Shown here piece by piece: positions 35,932 to 44,000 of a stretch of 61,102 bases of DNA (the stretch's first letter is position 1; every line of letters begins with the position of its first letter). Under the pieces are notes generated by a model that had not been told where the DNA came from, made no database searches, and worked only from the letters and a program-made list of their open reading frames with translations. This DNA is from Firmicutes bacterium UBA4975 (GTDB lineage: Bacteria; Bacillota; Proteinivoracia; UBA4975), in NCBI GenBank assembly GCA_002397155.1, contig DGZR01000001.1, positions 16,535-77,636 of the forward strand. The letters are read 5' to 3'. The position numbers were made by a program, and so were the translations under genes.

Positions 35932-36651
35932 ATGGCTTATGGTTTCCCGACCCGGTTTTATGGAGCTCTGGGCTTTAAAATAACCTCACCCTTTGGCCCC
36001 CGCACGGATCCCTTTAACCCCGGGAGCGCGGATTTTCACACCGGGATAGATTACGGCGGCCGCCCCGCCGGGGTGCCGGTGCCGGCAACCATCGGGGGGA
36101 CGGTCTTTGCCGCCAAATCCTACCAGGGTTGGGGTAACTTAGTCGGGGTAAGGGATTGGCAAAATTACAACCATCTTTTCGCCCACTTGCGGACCCTGCT
36201 GGTGGTGCCCGGCCAGACTGTGGCAAGGGGAAACCCTGTCGGCACCTTGGGCAGCACCGGCAAGGCCACCGGTCCCCATCTTCACTACCAGATCAACCGC
36301 CCGGGCACCGGAGTCAACGGCAGCGGCTACTTCGGCGACCCCGACCTGTACTTTTTTCCCGAAGAGGAGGTAAAAATGGAAAGCGCCATTGTCCTGGGCA
36401 GCGATGTGGATTACGCCAGCGCCGCTCCCTTGGGGGACGCTCTGAATTGCCCGTTTTTTTCTCGTTCGGCCCTGGGCCAGCTCCGGGCGGTCAAGACCGT
36501 CTATGTCTGCGGCGGAAGCCTGGCCCCGGTGAGAGAAGCCGCTCCCGAGGCCAAGCTGGTCGACCTTTCCGGCACTAACCGCTTTGAAACAGCGGCCAAG
36601 ATATACGAGTACCTGAAAAGTTCCACCCGCCGTCTAGTGGTCCGAGGCTAG
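35932..36651 (+). CDS. M23-family peptidase with C-terminal cell-wall-binding-repeat-2-like domain
   Basis: HTGIDYGG and GPHLHYQI are the M23 zinc ligands. The C-terminal ~90 aa ends in LSGTNRFETAAKIYEYL, typical of CWB2 repeats. Confidence 0.85.
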   Translation: MAYGFPTRFYGALGFKITSPFGPRTDPFNPGSADFHTGIDYGGRPAGVPVPATIGGTVFAAKSYQGWGNLVGVRDWQNYNHLFAHLRTLLVVPGQTVARGNPVGTLGSTGKATGPHLHYQINRPGTGVNGSGYFGDPDLYFFPEEEVKMESAIVLGSDVDYASAAPLGDALNCPFFSRSALGQLRAVKTVYVCGGSLAPVREAAPEAKLVDLSGTNRFETAAKIYEYLKSSTRRLVVRG

Positions 36652-36703
36652 AGGGAAGAGAGGTATTTTCTGGTTGCCCCGGGGTGAAACTGGCCCCGGG
36701 GTT

Positions 36704-36712
36704 GTGCTATAA
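36704..36712 (+). promoter_or_regulatory. Extended -10 element (TGCTATAAT)
   Basis: TG-C-TATAAT at 36704-36712, ~25-30 nt upstream of the next start codon. No good -35 is present. Confidence 0.45.
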
Positions 36713-36734
36713 TTAAGGGCATCCAGGGCCCGAG

Positions 36735-37679
36735 GTGAGAATTTTGAAAACAAGCCGACTGAAAGTCCTTCCCGGGGGCGCCAAGGGAAAAAGCAAGGTT
36801 TGGCGCAGTTTTTTTCGGGCGGGAGCGGTGATCCTCGCCCTCTTCCTGGTCTGGAACAGCCTGGGCTACCTGGCCATCTGGGCGGCGGAGGTGACCGTCG
36901 CCGCCAAGAGCGAGGTCGTCACCAGCGCTCCCGCCAGTTTTTTTGTCCTGCGGGACGAATGCCTGCTCCGGGCACCCGCCGCCGGGGACTACGTCCCCTT
37001 GGTTGAAGACGGGGCCAAGGTGCGCAAGGGGCAGGTTATCGGCCGCCTGGAGGCAGGGGGGAGCAGTCAGCCGGTCTGGGCGCCCGAGGCGGGCTTGGTC
37101 TTACATAGTCTGGACGGTTCTGAAGGTGGCTTTCCTTTGCAGGCGGCCCTGACGCCCGCCTTGATCGAGGCGGTGGCGGCGTATATTGCCGTTCCCCCGG
37201 TCCCGGAAAGAGTGGGCCCCGTCCAGGCCGGACAAGTGATCGGGGTCATCGTCACCAACGGGGGTTACCGCCTCCTCACCGGGCTCACCTTTCACCGGCC
37301 GGACCAGCGGCAAAAGATTGAGGCCGAAGACGGCACCAGTTACACCCTGGTCCCGCGCCAGATCCTCCAGGTCCAAGACAGATTCTGGGCCCTGTGGGAT
37401 GTGGCCCCCCTTTCCGACGCCCTGGGCCGGGAGCGGGTTTTCTCCGGCCGGGTGATCACTAACCGGCAAGAAGCGGTGCTGGTGCCCTCTCGGGCCATTT
37501 TGGTCAAGGACGGCGTCCAGGGGGTAATCGTCCTCTTTCGGGGCAAGTCTGTCTTCAATCCGGTAGAAGTCGTGGGCAGCGAAGGTAAAGAAGTGGCCGT
37601 GACCGGCCTGGCTCATGGCCAAAGAGTTTTGACCCTGCCCTGGTGGGCAAGATTGGCAAAACGGTGGTGGCTGAAATGA
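36735..37679 (+). CDS. HlyD-like (barrel-sandwich hybrid) membrane-anchored protein
   Basis: N-terminal TM segment (AVILALFLVWNSLGYLAIW). Lipoyl-like hairpin GDYVPLVEDGAKVRKGQVIGRLE is present. The start may be the TTG at 36744 (after GAGGTGAG). Confidence 0.7.
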   Translation: MRILKTSRLKVLPGGAKGKSKVWRSFFRAGAVILALFLVWNSLGYLAIWAAEVTVAAKSEVVTSAPASFFVLRDECLLRAPAAGDYVPLVEDGAKVRKGQVIGRLEAGGSSQPVWAPEAGLVLHSLDGSEGGFPLQAALTPALIEAVAAYIAVPPVPERVGPVQAGQVIGVIVTNGGYRLLTGLTFHRPDQRQKIEAEDGTSYTLVPRQILQVQDRFWALWDVAPLSDALGRERVFSGRVITNRQEAVLVPSRAILVKDGVQGVIVLFRGKSVFNPVEVVGSEGKEVAVTGLAHGQRVLTLPWWARLAKRWWLK

Positions 37680-38386
37680 ATGCAGGTATTGATGTAGTGA
37701 AGAATTTATATTCCGTGCGGCAAAGAGTGGCCAGTGCCGCCCGGGGGGCGGGGCGCGCTCCTGAGGAGATCTCCCTGGTGGCGGTGAGCAAGCTGGCCTC
37801 GGCCGAAGCGGTCCGGCTCTTAGCCGCGGCCGGCCACCTGGATTTTGGCGAAAACCGGGTTCAGGAGGGTCTGGCAAAAATGGCGGCAGTGGACCGGGAA
37901 CTGCGCTGGCACTTGATCGGCCGCATCCAAAGCAACAAAGTAAAAGACCTCCCGCCTTTTTGGCTCATCCATTCCCTGGATCGTTGGGACCTGGCGGTAA
38001 AGATTGCCGCCGGGGCGGCCGAGGCGGGTGTTGCCCGCCAATGCCTCTTGCAGGTCAATGTGGCCGCCGACCCGGCCAAGGCCGGAGTGGCTTTGAACCA
38101 GGTCGAGGACTTTATTACCGAGGCGGCCCGGCTCAAAGGACTTGAACTGCGGGGCTTGATGACGATAACGGCTTTGGCGGGGAGCGCCGCCCAGACCCGA
38201 GCCTGGTTTGACAGTCTGGCGCAAAAATTCCGGGCCCTTTCTCAAGGGCGGCTGCCGGACAATGTCCGGATGGACTGGCTTTCTATGGGCATGTCCGGGG
38301 ATTTTGAGCTGGCTATAGCGGCGGGGGCGAACATGGTGCGGGTGGGCAGCGCGATTTTTGCCGGGGAGGACGGCAGATATGCCTAG
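37676..38386 (+). CDS. yggS: PLP-homeostasis protein YggS/YlmE
   Basis: The ATG overlaps the upstream stop (ATGA). SLVAVSKLAS (PLP Lys), FGENRVQE and HLIGRIQSNKVK motifs are present. Confidence 0.93.
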   Translation: MNAGIDVVKNLYSVRQRVASAARGAGRAPEEISLVAVSKLASAEAVRLLAAAGHLDFGENRVQEGLAKMAAVDRELRWHLIGRIQSNKVKDLPPFWLIHSLDRWDLAVKIAAGAAEAGVARQCLLQVNVAADPAKAGVALNQVEDFITEAARLKGLELRGLMTITALAGSAAQTRAWFDSLAQKFRALSQGRLPDNVRMDWLSMGMSGDFELAIAAGANMVRVGSAIFAGEDGRYA

Positions 38387-38645
38387 CTCCCTGACCCGGA
38401 TTCTCGACGGCCTCTTTACGGTTTTTTACCTGATCCTGACCGCCCGGATCCTCATGACCTGGATTCCCGCCCGCTCGGGGGGCCTTTTGGCCGACATTTT
38501 TTCAGTCCTCAAGAGCTTGACCGAACCCTTGCTCGCCCCCATCCGCAAGATTATTCCCCCCATCCCCATGGGTGCCATGTACCTAGATCTGTCCCCCTTA
38601 CTCTTGCTCTTGCTCCTGAACTTTATCCGGGGGCTCCTCTATTGA
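38379..38645 (+). CDS. yggT: YggT/YlmG-family membrane protein
   Basis: ILTARILMTWIP...L..LTEPLLAPIRKIIP signature. The ATG at 38379 overlaps the yggS 3' end by 8 nt. Confidence 0.9.
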   Translation: MPSSLTRILDGLFTVFYLILTARILMTWIPARSGGLLADIFSVLKSLTEPLLAPIRKIIPPIPMGAMYLDLSPLLLLLLLNFIRGLLY

Positions 38646-39421
38646 GGCCCGGCCTCCTGGATAACCTGCCCGCCGGGGTGGACTCCCGCCTGGTCGCCCG
38701 GGTGCTGGACTGCTGCCGGGGGGCCAGCGAAAAGCAAGAGGTGAAATTCACCGAGTTTCTCGACCCCTTTCATCTGGAATTTACCGCTCCTTTGACCGCC
38801 GGTTTTTTTGGCATCCGCCACTTGGCGGACGGGGGTTTCCCCGGGGCCGAAAAAAAGCGGCTGGCGATTTTCCCGGACTACTATTCCCCCGCCGACATCG
38901 AAGCACCCTTGAGTGCCCTGGAAATCAGACTGTCCGATCCCACCCGCATCCTTTCCCACCGGGATTACTTGGGCGCCCTCATCGGCTTGGGCCTGAACCG
39001 CTCCTGGCTCGGCGACATCCTGCCCTTTGCCGGGGGCGCTCACATCGTCGTCGCCCGGGAGGTTGCCGGGGCCGCCTTGAACTTGGACCAGGTCAACAAG
39101 TTCAAGGCCCAGACAACTGAGGTGCCCCCATACACTCTCAGCGCCGGCGAAAACCCCCTGCGCCAGATAAACGCCACCGTCGCCTCTTTGCGCCTGGACG
39201 CCGTCTTGGGCACCGGCTTGGGGATTGGCCGGAGCAAGGCCGTTGAACTGGTCAAGGGGGACCGGGTAAAGGTCAATTGGCGTAAAATAATTCAGCCCGG
39301 TTTTACCCTAAAAGCCGGAGACATCATCTCAATCCGGGGGCGGGGCCGCCTGGAGCTGAGCGAGGTGGGCGGCGAGACGAAAAAGGGCAGAATCCGGATT
39401 CAAGTGAACAAATTCAGCTAA
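38642..39421 (+). CDS. ylmH: S4-domain RNA-binding protein YlmH
   Basis: TTG start overlapping the yggT stop. C-terminal S4 motif LRLDAVLGTGLGIGRSKAVELVKGDRVKVNW. Canonical position before divIVA. Confidence 0.88.
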   Translation: MRPGLLDNLPAGVDSRLVARVLDCCRGASEKQEVKFTEFLDPFHLEFTAPLTAGFFGIRHLADGGFPGAEKKRLAIFPDYYSPADIEAPLSALEIRLSDPTRILSHRDYLGALIGLGLNRSWLGDILPFAGGAHIVVAREVAGAALNLDQVNKFKAQTTEVPPYTLSAGENPLRQINATVASLRLDAVLGTGLGIGRSKAVELVKGDRVKVNWRKIIQPGFTLKAGDIISIRGRGRLELSEVGGETKKGRIRIQVNKFS

Positions 39422-39492
39422 AGGCAGGAAACCTGGCAAATGCTGTCGAATTTTAAAGGTAAGGAATAAATAGATTGCGGGGGTGTGAGTAG

Positions 39493-39978
39493 ATGGCTTT
39501 GACACCTTTAGACATCCACAACAAAGAGTTTAGCAAGGGCTTTCGCGGCTATGACGAGGACGAGGTAGACGAGTTCCTGGACCGGGTTGTCAAGGACTAC
39601 GAGGACCTGATCAAGGAGAACATGGCCCTAAAGCAAAAGATAGAAGAACTGACGGGTAAATTGGAGCACTACACCAAGATCGAAGAGACCCTGCACAGCG
39701 CCATAATCGTCGCCCAACAGACAGCCCAAGAAGTCAAGGAAAACGCTTTGGGCGAGGCCGAGCTCATCCGCAAAGAGGCCGAACAGGAAGGAAAGCGCAG
39801 CCTGGAGGCCACCTTTGTCCGGGTGGAAAAAATCCGTCAAGAGATTGAAGAGCTGGTCAAACAGGCCATTGTCTTTCGCAGCCGCTTCAAAACCCTCTTA
39901 GAAGCTCAGCTAGAAATAGTCAACAGCGAAGACTGGCGGGAGTTTGAACGGCAAAACCCGGCAGCCGCCGGGATTTAG
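39493..39978 (+). CDS. divIVA: Cell division/septum-site protein DivIVA
   Basis: MALTPLDIHNKEFSKGFRGYDEDEVDEFLD followed by a coiled-coil. Confidence 0.96.
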   Translation: MALTPLDIHNKEFSKGFRGYDEDEVDEFLDRVVKDYEDLIKENMALKQKIEELTGKLEHYTKIEETLHSAIIVAQQTAQEVKENALGEAELIRKEAEQEGKRSLEATFVRVEKIRQEIEELVKQAIVFRSRFKTLLEAQLEIVNSEDWREFERQNPAAAGI

Positions 39979-39996
39979 GTTCTCCTTTTCGTCTTG

Positions 39997-40019
39997 GCCC
40001 TTGGGTAAGGGCTTTTTTC
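39997..40019 (+). terminator. Rho-independent terminator after divIVA
   Basis: GCCCTT / GGGT / AAGGGC followed by T6. Confidence 0.8.
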
Positions 40020-40076
40020 TTTTCTGGCCGGTTTGGGCTAAAACCCCTGGCCCCGGGGCAAAGTAGAGGCGGAGGG

Positions 40077-40373
40077 GTGCCAGTGGTCAAAGACCTAGCC
40101 GAAAAAGTCATCCATGAATTAGAGCGGCTCTCCCAAAACATGGAGAAGTTTAATTTGGCCGAGTACATGGAGCTGCTCAACAACCCTCGCCGATATGTTA
40201 TGATTAACTTGGCGGGGGGCTTGGCCCGGGGGTTGGGAATCGCCGTGGGCTTTACCATTCTGGGCGCCGTCGTCATCATGATCCTGCGCCGATTGATGTA
40301 CCTCAACCTTCCCCTCGTCGGGGACTTTATTGCCGACATAGTCCGCATTGTCCAAGATAATTTGCAGCCTTAA
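40077..40373 (+). CDS. DUF5665-like small membrane protein
   Basis: ~96 aa. Amphipathic N-terminus then GGLARGLGIAVGFTILGAVVIMIL. The start is GTG at 40077 or 40083. Confidence 0.7.
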   Translation: MPVVKDLAEKVIHELERLSQNMEKFNLAEYMELLNNPRRYVMINLAGGLARGLGIAVGFTILGAVVIMILRRLMYLNLPLVGDFIADIVRIVQDNLQP

Positions 40374-40388
40374 AGGAGAAAAAAAGAC

Positions 40389-40847
40389 ATGGATATCGAG
40401 CAGCAAAGGCGGGCTCTGGAGGGCATGCGCACCCGCTTAGAAGGGCGGAGCACCGCCGACTACCAAGAGTCCCTCAGGGATTATGCCCACGAGTTGTCGG
40501 TCTTCGACAACCACCCCGCCGATGTAGCCAGCGAGGACTACCTGCGCAACCTGGAGGCTTCTTTTCGGGAAAACGACCGGTGCCTCCTGGGAGAAATCGA
40601 CCAGGCCCTCGCTCGCCTGGATAGGGGCGAATACGGGGGCTGCATGGAGTGCGGCAAAAAAATCGATCCCCAGCGCCTGGAAGCCCTGCCCTATGCCCGA
40701 ACCTGCCGCCAGTGCGCCGAAATAAAGAGGGGGGATCCCGGCTTTTCCCACCAGACTCCCTTTCGGGGCGAGTTTACCTGGCCCACTTTCCAGAGTTACG
40801 GCACGTCCAGCGGGGATTCGGAGGCGCCGCCGCCGGATTGGGAATAG
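40389..40847 (+). CDS. TraR/DksA-family zinc-finger protein (YteA-like)
   Basis: C4 finger CMECGKKI...CRQC preceded by a coiled-coil. AAGGAG SD. Confidence 0.85.
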   Translation: MDIEQQRRALEGMRTRLEGRSTADYQESLRDYAHELSVFDNHPADVASEDYLRNLEASFRENDRCLLGEIDQALARLDRGEYGGCMECGKKIDPQRLEALPYARTCRQCAEIKRGDPGFSHQTPFRGEFTWPTFQSYGTSSGDSEAPPPDWE

Positions 40848-40875
40848 TTTTTTATCCGGAGAGGAGAAAGTTAAA

Positions 40876-41334
40876 ATGAGGAATATGTACATAATCGCCC
40901 TGGCCGCCCTTATTGTCGACCAGGCCAGCAAGGCGGCAGTGCGCCTTTGGCTCCAGGTGGGGCATTCATTTGCCCTGATCCCCCGGCTTCTTTCTTTTAC
41001 CCATGTGCGCAATTCGGGAGCGGCTTTTGGCATCCTGGCGGGCAAAAACACTTTTTTTATTGTCGCTTCCCTGGCCGTGGCGGCCGCCCTGATTGCCTAT
41101 TCCCGGGAGGTCAAGGGGAATTCCTGGCTGGTAGCGGCTTTTGGCCTCATGCTGGGAGGGGCGGCGGGCAACTTGGTGGACCGGCTTTTATTTCACCAGG
41201 TGACCGACTTCATCGATTTTAGCTTTTTTCCCCCCACTTTTAATATCGCCGACTCGGCCCTGGTCATCGGCGTCTGTCTTTTTGCCTTGGACATGATCTT
41301 TGGCGGCAAGAGGGGGAACCCAAGTGGATTATGA
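40876..41334 (+). CDS. lspA: Lipoprotein signal peptidase II
   Basis: NSGAAFG and FNIADSALVIG catalytic Asp motifs are present, with 4 TM segments. Confidence 0.95.
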   Translation: MRNMYIIALAALIVDQASKAAVRLWLQVGHSFALIPRLLSFTHVRNSGAAFGILAGKNTFFIVASLAVAAALIAYSREVKGNSWLVAAFGLMLGGAAGNLVDRLLFHQVTDFIDFSFFPPTFNIADSALVIGVCLFALDMIFGGKRGNPSGL

Positions 41335-42241
41335 TTTTACCGTAGGGCCGGAACAGGGGGGCCTTAGGCTGGATGTCTTTTTGGCCGGGGCCCTGGGGGA
41401 GTTTAGCCGCAGCGAAGTGCAGGCCGGCATCGCCGCCGGCCGGACTCGGGTTAACGGCGCTACCGCCTTTAAAAAAAGTCTTGTCTTGAGCCCGGGGGAC
41501 AGAGTCGAGTTTGTCCCCGGCGGGGCCCCGCCTCTTGCCGGGGCTCCGGAAGCATTTCCTCTGGATATCCGCTATGAAGACCAGTGGCTTTTGGTGGTGA
41601 ACAAGCCGGCGGGTATGGTGGTCCACCCCGCCCCCGGCCACAGCGGCGGCACCCTGGTCAACGGGCTTTTGGCGTACAGCAGTCTCTCTGATTTGGGCGG
41701 GGAATTCCGGCCGGGCATAGTTCATCGCCTGGACAAGGATACTTCCGGCCTGCTGATGGTGGCCAAGACTAATTCCTGCCACCTGCGGCTTTCGGAAATG
41801 TTAAAAGCCCGGGAGGTTGAACGGGTGTACTTGGCCCTGCTCCTGGGCAAGCTTCCCCAGGCCCGGGGCCGGATCAGGGGCCCCATCGGCCGCCATCCCC
41901 GCCAGCGAAAGAGCATGGCCATTTCCGAAAGGGGCAAGGACGCTTTGACGGATTTTAAAGTCCTCCGTTACTTTCCCGGCTACACCCTGGTTCAGGCGGG
42001 GCTGCTCACCGGTCGCACCCACCAGATCAGGGTGCATTTTTCACACTTGGGCTGGCCGGTGGTGGGCGATAGGCTTTACGGACCCCGGCACCAGGATAAA
42101 AAATATGCCGGGCACATGCTCCATGCCCGGACTTTAAGGTTTGACCATCCCTTCTTGCCCAAGAAAATCCAAGTCACCGCCGAGCCGCCCCAGGAGTTTC
42201 TCCAGTTGCTGCGGGAGCTCAACCGGGCCGCGGAGGGATAA
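41300..42241 (+). CDS. rluD: 23S rRNA pseudouridine synthase, RluD/RluA family
   Basis: S4 N-terminal domain and the HRLDKDTSGLL catalytic motif are present. The start is uncertain (the GTG at 41324 is also possible). It overlaps the lspA 3' end. Confidence 0.92.
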   Translation: MAARGGTQVDYDFTVGPEQGGLRLDVFLAGALGEFSRSEVQAGIAAGRTRVNGATAFKKSLVLSPGDRVEFVPGGAPPLAGAPEAFPLDIRYEDQWLLVVNKPAGMVVHPAPGHSGGTLVNGLLAYSSLSDLGGEFRPGIVHRLDKDTSGLLMVAKTNSCHLRLSEMLKAREVERVYLALLLGKLPQARGRIRGPIGRHPRQRKSMAISERGKDALTDFKVLRYFPGYTLVQAGLLTGRTHQIRVHFSHLGWPVVGDRLYGPRHQDKKYAGHMLHARTLRFDHPFLPKKIQVTAEPPQEFLQLLRELNRAAEG

Positions 42242-43889
42242 AAAGGGAGCGGTATTCCGTATACCTGACCTGCCCGGGCTTGGCCCCGGGTATTTTTCTA
42301 ACATTTTTTACCTGGGTCCACACCACCTCGACTTTGGGCGAGGACCGTTCCCGGCTGTACCAAGCCGCCAGGGCGGCGGCATAGGCCAAGTCCGCCTCGC
42401 CGGGCGCCTTGCTGCACAAAATCACATGGCTGCCGGGGGAGCGGCGGCAGTGCAACCAATAGTGTTCTTTGTCGGCGGCTTGGAGGGTGAGCCATTCATT
42501 TTGCCGGTTATTCTTGCCCACCCACACCGGCGTCCCTCCCTCGGTAAAAAAGCGGTGATAGTCCGGAGGGGGGAGCTTGACCGCCTTTATTGGCCGCGGC
42601 CCCTTGACCAGGCCATATTCTTCCACCTCGGCCCGCACCGCCTGGAGCTCGGCCAGGGACTGGGCCGCCTCCAGGGTGTACTGTAAGGAGTCCAAGTAGG
42701 CCAGGAGCTCCTGGTTAGCGGCGATCAGCTTAGCCACCTTGGCGGCGGCGGTCTTGTACTTGTTGTATTTTTTATAGTAAAAGGCGGCGTTGGCGCTGGC
42801 GGAGAGAGCGGGATTGAGGGCAATCGTCAGGGGGCCCCCGCCATAGACATTTTCCAGGGTGACGGCCGATGCTCCCCGGGGCACCGCCGCCAGGGAAGCC
42901 AGCAGGGTGTCGCCGGTCTCCCGGTAGAGAGAAAAGCCCTGGGCCCGGCTGAGCTCTATTTTTTGCTTGGCCAGGGTGCTCTCAGCTTTGAGAGCGGCGG
43001 TGGCCAGGGCCTTAGCCAACTGCCGCCGCAGCTGGCCCTCCCGGTTTTCCTCCCGGGAGCGGCAAATCCAGAAAGCCAAGGCGGCGCTCAATGAGGAAAA
43101 GGTCCTTTCGGGAGGGGGGAGGTGGGTGAGGGGGCGCCAGTAGGGACCTAGGTCCTCATAGAGAACGGGCTCAGCTTTTTCCTCCAGGCTGGCCCGGCCC
43201 AGGTCGGCCAGGACGCCCGCCAGCCGGTCCGGGGCCCCCTGGGCCGGGGAGTGGGCCGGAACAGGGCCCAGGCCGGCTTGGGCGCAGATCTCCTGGGCCA
43301 AGAGGGGGCCCAGGCCGAATACTGCATTTAAGAGGGCGTGGGAGCAGTCGGGGTTAAGGGAGAGGAGCAGGGCCAAGGCGGCGCTTTCTAGGTGCAGGGG
43401 AAGAGCCTTGGCAGGCCGGGCCGGAGGCGAGTAGAGGTCTCCCGGCAAGAGGGACCGGGCCGCCCCCTGCTTGGCTGTGCGGGTGGTGGCGATGACCCGG
43501 TCCTCCCGGCAAAAAAAGAGGTCATTTTGGCGGCCCATGACCTCCAAGTGGAGAAAAAAGCCGGGGGCCTCCTCCGGGGCGGAGGAAAAAGCCAGGGTGG
43601 CCAGCCGCTCAAAAGGCGGATTGGTCAGGGAATGGCAAAAATACCCGTCGATGTGCTTCTTTATGGTCTGGGCCAGGGGCGTCCCAATTTTTTGCTCCGG
43701 CGGGGCCTGGCTCAAAAAAAAGGACCGGGGCGGCAGGGGGATTTCCAGACGCCTGGTCTGGCCCGGGGCTCGCACTTGAATGATCAAGCTGCCCCGGGGG
43801 CTGCCATATACGTCTTCGACCCGGGCGCCGGCTACCTGGGGCCGGATTTCTCGGACCAGGGCGTTAAAGAAAAAGCCGTCGAGGTGCAT
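42219..43889 (-). CDS. rqcH: Ribosome quality control protein RqcH (NFACT/FbpA family)
   Basis: N-terminus MHLDGFFFNALVREI...VEDVY is the NFACT-N signature. The C-terminal DUF814-like region has HVIL and WTQVKNVRK. The 3' end overlaps the rluD 3' end by 23 nt. Confidence 0.9.
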   Translation of the reverse strand: MHLDGFFFNALVREIRPQVAGARVEDVYGSPRGSLIIQVRAPGQTRRLEIPLPPRSFFLSQAPPEQKIGTPLAQTIKKHIDGYFCHSLTNPPFERLATLAFSSAPEEAPGFFLHLEVMGRQNDLFFCREDRVIATTRTAKQGAARSLLPGDLYSPPARPAKALPLHLESAALALLLSLNPDCSHALLNAVFGLGPLLAQEICAQAGLGPVPAHSPAQGAPDRLAGVLADLGRASLEEKAEPVLYEDLGPYWRPLTHLPPPERTFSSLSAALAFWICRSREENREGQLRRQLAKALATAALKAESTLAKQKIELSRAQGFSLYRETGDTLLASLAAVPRGASAVTLENVYGGGPLTIALNPALSASANAAFYYKKYNKYKTAAAKVAKLIAANQELLAYLDSLQYTLEAAQSLAELQAVRAEVEEYGLVKGPRPIKAVKLPPPDYHRFFTEGGTPVWVGKNNRQNEWLTLQAADKEHYWLHCRRSPGSHVILCSKAPGEADLAYAAALAAWYSRERSSPKVEVVWTQVKNVRKIPGAKPGQVRYTEYRSLFIPPRPG

Positions 43890-44000
43890 TACAAGCCCCC
43901 TCCTTTCCTCGCCAGTATAACAAGATTGCCTCCAGGTTTACAATGCAAATAATACCCCGGCCCGCCCCCGCATAAGTTTTAAAGATGGGAGGGGAGGGCC

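Noticed and set aside
36676-36701. Two GCCCCGGGG palindromes 17 nt apart (36676-36684 and 36693-36701) between the M23 peptidase gene and the HlyD-like gene. I considered them as an operator pair or a terminator hairpin.
   Set aside because: CCCCGGGG is a short self-complementary GC string that is easily generated in GC-rich DNA, and similar strings occur elsewhere (for example around 740-770 and 14690). No T-tract follows, so a terminator call is unsupported. With no regulator to link, an operator call is also unsupported.
39444-39450. Perfect Spo0A box TGTCGAA upstream of divIVA.
   Set aside because: A single 7-mer is expected several times by chance in 61 kb on two strands. There is no second box or promoter context, so it is not reported as a regulatory site.
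42141-42686. 181-aa plus-strand ORF continuing past rluD into the rqcH region.
   Set aside because: It is in a different frame from rluD and antisense to the conserved C-terminal (DUF814-like) part of rqcH. The product is Gly/Pro/Arg-rich, and no SD is present.
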